Assembly (NCBI GenBank): GCA_022813865.1
Contig: JALDZX010000013.1
Coordinates: forward strand, 372,001 to 436,000
Origin: Xylographa opegraphella
Taxonomy: Eukaryota
DNA length: 64,000 nt
Direction: 5' to 3'
This document shows positions 57,418-64,000 of this stretch, one piece after another (the stretch's first letter is position 1; every line of letters starts with the position of its first letter). The translations under genes were made by a program, and so were the position numbers. The notes beneath the pieces were generated by a model. The model worked only from the letters and a program-made list of their open reading frames with translations. It searched no databases and was not told the origin of the DNA.

Positions 57418-60400
57418 ATGAATAACAACGATGATCTTATCAACCAGATCTACAAGAAGATTGAGAGGGAGAGGGTTCTCATAAATGCCGCTAACAACAT
57501 GCGTCAGTCGTCAAATCCTCAGGTCCAGCAAAGTCTGGATGCCCAGATCAAGGAAGGGCGCAAGAACATCAGCTATCTGGAAGAGCGGCTCAATGCACTC
57601 AAGATGCAGAGTATGGGCCAAAGTATGGAGAGCATGTCCATGGGCTCAGGAAGTAACGGAGGACCCCCCACACCGAACCATGGGGCCCTCTCCCCTCAGC
57701 AGCAAAGTTTACGCAACAACTCCTTCAGTCCAGGTTCTCCAAACCAAGGCCGAGGAAGAGGATACCCGACTGATCAGGGTGGTTACGGCGGTCCGGCTCA
57801 GGGCAGCTACATGGATCAAATGGGGGCAGGCTCCGACATGATGCCACCTCGACCACCATACGGTCCTTCTGCCCCAGGCTCCTCTGTGCCTAAAGCCCGG
57901 CCAAATTATAGTAAATTGGGTAAGTCTGTTGACACCGCTCGGAGTTTATAGAATTACTAACAGTCATTCCAGATCTCATCAAAGCCGACACAGCATACCT
58001 TGGGCCAAGATTTCAGCTCATGCTCACCCAGCTAACATTCAAACTCAGCGTAGAGAAGCAGTACAAGGACGGAATCGAAAAATTAGTAAGACTGTATTCA
58101 GACGATGGAGACAAAAGGAGCAGGGCAGATGCGGAAGGCAGGCGCGTCGAAAGTAATCAGAAGATTCAGTTGCTTAAACAGGCTCTTAAACGATACGAGG
58201 ACCTTCACGTTGACATGGAGAGCAGTACGGATGCTGCGGATGGTGTGTAGTCGGCATTGTTACGAAGACAAGCCTAGCTAATAGACCAACAGACGATAGC
58301 CTTAACACGCCTAATTTGAGAAAACCATTGACTGGGCACCTATCGATGCGGATCCATGCGGTCAAGGATGTCAACCACGCCATTACTGGCAGATTCTCTA
58401 AAGGCCCGGAAACCTTTGTGATCATCAAAGTTGAAGACGCTCTGAAAGCTCGGACAAAGGCTACCAGGACCGACCGCTGGACGGATGAGATGCACAGTAT
58501 TGAGATAGATAAGGCAAATGAAATTGAACTTACGGTGTATGACAAATCTGGCCAATATCCAACTCCAATTGGCATGTTGTGGATCAGAATAGCCGATATC
58601 GTGGAGGAGATGAGGCGAAAGAAAATAGAGACCGAGCTGAGCGGAAGTCAATGGGTCACTGCGGAACAGATGGACCACGGCCCGGGCAATCCGCAAGGCT
58701 CGAGTTACAATGCATTCTCGATGAACCTTCCGCAAGATCGCAGTGCCAGAGGACCTTCTGGACGAGTCACGCCTTCCGGTGGTCAATCTCATAATAGCGA
58801 TCCGGGTGTCATAGAGGCATGGTTTGCTTTAGAACCCGTTGGGAGTATTAAGATATCGATGAGCTTCAGTAAGTTTTATCCAGCTGAGTCCCTTTTACCA
58901 GTGGCTAATATGCCGAAAGCAAAACACGCCAAGGATAAAAGACCATTTGATCTTGGTCTTAACCGAAAGGGTGCTGTAAGACAGCGAAAGGAAGAAGTCC
59001 AAGAGCAATACGGCCACAAATTCGTCCTTCAGCAGTTCTACAGTATTATGCGTTGTGCGTTATGCGGTGATTTTCTCAAATACTCTGCAGGTATGCAGTG
59101 CGAGGATTGCAAGTATACGTGTCATCAGAAGTGCTTCAGCAAGGTTGTCACAAAATGTATTAGCAAATCGAATGCGGAAACAGATCCCGACGAAGAAAAG
59201 CTCAATCATCGTATACCACATCGTTTCGAAGGCTTTTCGAACATGGGTGCCAATTGGTGCTGTCACTGTGGTTATATACTTCCGTTCGGGCGCAAGAATT
59301 GCCGGAAATGTACCGGTACGTGAAGTATTCGTTGTTAGGTTGATTCCACTAACTTTTTAATCAAATTTTAGAATGCCAACTTACCGTTCATGCTCAGTGT
59401 GCCCATTTGGTGCCTGACTTCTGTGGCATGTCTATGCTACGTGCAAACGAGATCCTATCACAGATTCGCGGGATCCCGAAGAAGCCCCCTCCCATAGACC
59501 ATAAATTACAACCTACACTTCGACAAGGTGGTCCATCCAAGGCAGGACGTCCGACTCCAGCCCTTCAACTCTCCTACGCGCCTCCTCAGGTCAGCGATCA
59601 AAGCGGCCGGCCAATTGCTGACCAACGACGGTCATACGGCCTTGACCAATCGTATGATCAGCAGACAAGACCAGGACCGAGTCAAGTATCTGGTCAAGGA
59701 CCAACACCTGGACCTGGTGCAGGATATTCCGCTGTGGCACAAAGAGCTGCTATACAAGCAGCAACGCCGCAATCTCTGACTTACGGGGAGCGACCTGGTC
59801 TTGTATCGCGAACGACTTCCTCGCAAGATGCTGCAGCCGCCGCGGCAGCGGCAATTACTGGAAAGCGTACACCATCTCAGAAATCCACACCTTACACCCC
59901 TACAACCTCGGATTACAATACCAGACCGGGAGGTCGGGTTCCTGGAGGCTATGCACAAGTACCTTCAATGGAGTCGCATGCCGAGCTGGAGGCCGAGCCA
60001 CAGCGAGATCCTCGGCGAACTTCACAACAGCCACAACAATCTCAGTATGATCCTGCTGCATATGCTGGCTATAGCAGCGGTTATCCTCAACAACCTCAAG
60101 TTCAGCAATATGCCACATCTCCAGTCCAGCAATACCCTCCAAAATCGAGCTACAATGAGATGGCTCAAGCTCAACAGATACAGCCAAATCAATCACTCAT
60201 CAAAACGCAGCCAAGTCCAGGTAAAGATTCTCCGCCACAAGCTCAGGGCAGAGGACGTATTGGCCTTGAGCACTTCAACTTTCTGGCCGTGCTAGGAAAA
60301 GGTAATTTCGGCAAGGTGATGTTAGCTGAGACGAAGGCTACGAAAAAGCTATACGCCATTAAAGTGCTCAAAAAAGAATTCATCATTGAGAATGATGAAG

Positions 60401-61351
60401 TGGAAAGCACAAAATCTGAGAAACGTGTTTTCCTGATTGCAAACAAGGAACGACACCCATTCTTGCTGAATCTTCACGCTTGTTTTCAAACCGAAACTCG
60501 TGTATATTTTGTTATGGAGTATATCAGTGGAGGAGATTTGATGTCACACATTCAGCGCGGCCAATTTGGATTGAAACGTGCACAGTAGGCATTTTTCATA
60601 ATCGGCTAAGCTCAACGCTGACATCTTTAGATTTTATGCTGCAGAGGTTTGCTTAGCACTCAAATACTTCCATGAAAATGGTGTCATCTACCGCGATCTG
60701 AAACTCGACAATATTATGTTGACCCTCGATGGGCATATCAAGGTAGTCGATTATGGTCTTTGTAAAGAAGACATGTGGTATGGATCTACGACAAGCACCT
60801 TTTGTGGTACACCGGAATTTATGGCGCCTGAAGTAATTTTGCAATGTACTCCTACCAGTGGTCGTTATACTTACTGTCGCTAGATCCTCCTCGACAAAAA
60901 ATACGGCCGTGCTGTTGACTGGTGGGCCTTCGGCGTTCTTATCTATCAAATGCTACTTCAGCAGAGCCCGTTCCGGGGGGAAGACGAAGATGAAATATAC
61001 GATGCAATTTTAGCTGATGAACCACTTTATCCAATTCATATGCCTCGAGATTCGGTCTCTATCCTACAGAAGTTGCTGACGCGTGAGCCTGAACTCCGCC
61101 TTGGCTCCGGACCTACAGACGCGCAAGAAATCATGAGCCACAGCTTCTTCCGTAATATCAACTGGGACGACGTGCGTGACCAAAAAGTGCCGCCACCATT
61201 CCAACCAAGTATCACGAGCGCAACCGATACCAGCAACTTCGATAGTGAATTTACGAGCGTAACGCCCGTTCTAACGCCCGTGCAGAGCGTTCTAACGCAA
61301 GCGATGCAGGAAGAATTCAGGGGCTTTTCATATTCGGCGGATTTTATTTGA
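57418..61351 (+). CDS. PKC1: Protein kinase C (HR1, C2, C1 and kinase domains)
   Basis: HR1 repeats, pseudosubstrate RKGAVRQ, two C1 zinc fingers, [29 protein letters not shown] and the C-terminal FRGFSY; six introns. Confidence 0.97.
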
Positions 61352-61752
61352 AGCGGCAAGAACACGAACACCAGAAAGGGGAAATACGGTAACGGCTCGG
61401 ACATACGGTAAGAGCAGCCTGAGAGGGAATCGGAGTTGACGGGTCAAGCTGATGCTCCGTTGGAAACGCGCACACGATGGGAGGAGGCGGCTAACCGGAC
61501 GATACCATGGGGCCTGAGCAGTAATATCAAACGAATGTTAGCAGGCACGATAGACGCATTAATTGATATGATCGGTATGATTGGTATGATAGAATGCTTT
61601 TTGACGATTGTCTGAGTATTCTCTATCAAAGTAACATGGACGTCATTGATATTTACTCTTCACGAAGTCATACTTTAGCATTCGCGGAACCTACACTTTT
61701 CGTCATCATGTCAAGCTTGCGCTGTCATATTACGGTTATCTATTCGTCAGCC

Positions 61753-63661
61753 TCAATGTCCGTGCCCATCGTCCTCCCCGCCCCCTCTTTGCTCCGGATC
61801 CAGCTTAATCAGCGTGTCGATCCGCATGATCGCCACACACGCCTCCACAGCACTTTTCAGCTGTCGTACTTTGCTCATACTCGGCTCCAACACCCCAGCC
61901 TTTACGCTATCCACCACCTTGCCCTTGGCTAAATCCAAGCCGTAGTTCTTGTAATTCTTTTGCCGCGCTGTCTCCTTTTCAGAATGTGAAGCGTCTCCGT
62001 CCTGCAGGCGCTGCGATAGTGCGTGCCGAGATCTTAATTGTGCCACCAGTTCCGAAGAGTCGAGCGCGGCGTTGTTGAGGAGCGTGGTGGGGATGACGAG
62101 GAGCGCGGCGGCAAAGGCTCCGATGGCGAGCTGCTCACGGGAGCCGACTGTGCCGGCGAATTCTTCAAGATATATATGCAGCGCGGTTTCCACGGCGCCA
62201 CCACCAGGAACGATGCTCCCGCTCTCAAGGGTACGTTTAACAGCCGAAAGAGAGTCGTGGACGGAGCGCTCCATCTCGTCAAGCTGGTAGTCGTTGGAGC
62301 CGCGGAGAATGATTGAGGCAGAGGTATGGACTTTCGTGCCCTTGACAAGGATACACTCGTCATCGGAGATTTTCTCCTGAGAAACCTCTTCCGCATGCCC
62401 GAGGGATGATGCAGCGAAGTTCTCATCGCCGTTAATATCCGAAAGGGAGGCAACAAGGGTGGCACCGGTGGCTTTGGCAATTCGGCGGAGGTCTTCCTTC
62501 TTACAGCGACGGACAGCCATGGCCCCTTTTTCTATAAAAAGCTTTAGGACCAGATCATCGATGCCTTTGGTGGTGAAGACGACGTTGGCGCCTGCCTTGA
62601 GAATCATTTCCACACGCTCAATGACCATGCCTGCTTCTCTTGCACGAATCTGCTCGAGCTGCTGCGGGTCATCAATGGTGATTTGCACTCCCAGCTTCAT
62701 GCGCTCCTTTTGCAGGTTCATGTCCAGGCAAGCGATCTTGGCATCCATGACACGGGTTTTCATGGCCTGCGAGGCCACGGTGCAGTTCAGTGCGTAACCC
62801 TTAACTAGGATAGATTCGGTAGAGCTTTTTCCGTGGGCCTTGAGCACGTTGACTGCTTTGACAGGATATCTGATTTCATTACGGTTGTTTGTGGATTTGA
62901 CGGATTGCATAGCGTTGACGACCATATTAGCGAAGAATTCAGAGTCGGATCCGATGATCTTGCTAGACATTGAGGTTGTAGCGATGTTTATAAGGGATTC
63001 GCGGCCGAGGTGCTCGACTTTGACACTGATGTTCTCGTTCATGTACTTGACGGCTTCGCGAAGAGCTAACCGGTAGCCAGTAATGATTGTAGTGGGATGA
63101 ATGCGATTCTTGACTAGTTCGTTCGCACGTCGTAAAAGCTCTGCTGCTATCAGAACGACCGAGGTGGTGCCGTCACCAACCTGACCTTCATTAGCCAGCC
63201 CCTTGGATTGCTTGCAAATGCCATACTTCTTTATCTTGTTGTTGCGCCAGATCCACCAGTATCTTCCCAGCAGGGTGCTCTATCTCCAGTAGACTCAAGA
63301 TCGTGGCTCCATCATTTGTCACCGTGACATCCTAGAGCCATCAGCTCTGGTAACAATTTTCCATACACTTCCTTCGCCTACCCCAATATCGTCGACCATC
63401 ATTTTATCCAGTCCAGAGGGTCCGAAGGAGCTTTTAACCACATTTGCTATGGCTTGTGTCGCAAGAACTACCTCTGAGTTAGCCGAAGTCCTTAGAAAGC
63501 GTAGGATACCGGCAAGTACCGTTCTGGTCTCGTACATCTGCTCCACTGATCTTGGTACCTCCAAGAACTACCACGATTATCAGCTTTTGCCGAGATGGGG
63601 GAAAAAATCAGCACTGACACAAAGTACCGGCATTCCGGGGTTGCTCGAAAATATTTGACAT
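61753..63661 (-). CDS. TCP1: T-complex protein 1 subunit alpha (CCT1)
   Basis: [34 protein letters not shown] and VPGGGAVE; several 5' introns; ATG at 63661. Confidence 0.97.
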
Positions 63662-63916
63662 CTTGAGGAGAATTTATTCAGTTGAATCGCTCATACCAAG
63701 CTATTTCCAAGGCGCTCCAGAAATTTTGACAGTCACGATTGAAGCCCAAGCGGGAGACGCGACGCGCTAGCTGATCAGCCCTACCAAAACATCCCTGTCG
63801 TGCTGCTGTTGAACCCCACGCACCCCTCTGACAGAGAGCGAGCTTTTACGACACTTGCTCGCGTACGTCTCACAAGAACCATTGAGCTTTACAAAAACTC
63901 GAGGTAGCCGGGTCCA

Positions 63917-64000
63917 TGGCCGACCATAGTGCCTCCGAACTTGAGAGCAGAATGGACTCGACGAAGCTCGCTGATGCTGCTGCCCAGGTAGAACCCCAAG
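63917..64000 (+). CDS. Possible 5' start of a gene divergent from TCP1 (truncated by the window)
   Basis: ATG at 63917 with an open frame MADHSASELESRMDSTKLADAAAQVEPQ to the window end. Confidence 0.35.

Noticed and set aside
61255..61300. Short nucleotide repeats at the PKC1 3' end
   Set aside because: They encode the conserved [13 protein letters not shown] turn-motif region.
1..64000. tRNA, rRNA, snRNA, telomerase RNA or an intact transposase/reverse transcriptase
   Set aside because: No diagnostic motifs recognised by eye; an Infernal/tRNAscan run is needed to exclude them.

Overview
Gene-dense, intron-containing DNA from a filamentous ascomycete (Pezizomycotina-type genes and splice signals; species not determinable), with two short N gaps. 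About 30 protein-coding genes are supportable. The left end (RING/TRAF protein, SYN8-like SNARE, Zn2Cys6 TF, PIR cell-wall protein) and the right half (RIP1, OPI10, RPB8, ELP4, SEN34, SNG1, YND1, ALG3, an eIF1AD-like gene, PKC1, TCP1 and others) are largely conserved housekeeping genes. About 11.8-33 kb looks accessory: a RIP-like repeat remnant, CYP52-like P450, a 5 kb gene-poor stretch with minisatellites, a small spliced orphan, a catalytically degenerate NUDIX protein with tandem EEGE(I/L) motifs, and two tandem coiled-coil/TPR paralogues. The best candidate for an undescribed system is a head-to-head pair at 14.1-18.5 kb. One gene is a HeLo-like domain plus pseudokinase (MLKL-like architecture); the other is an intact Ser/Thr kinase with a membrane-anchoring tail. 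Together they suggest a RIPK3/MLKL-like fungal cell-death or allorecognition module. No tRNA, rRNA, CRISPR array or intact transposon was recognised. All family calls are by eye, without database searches.
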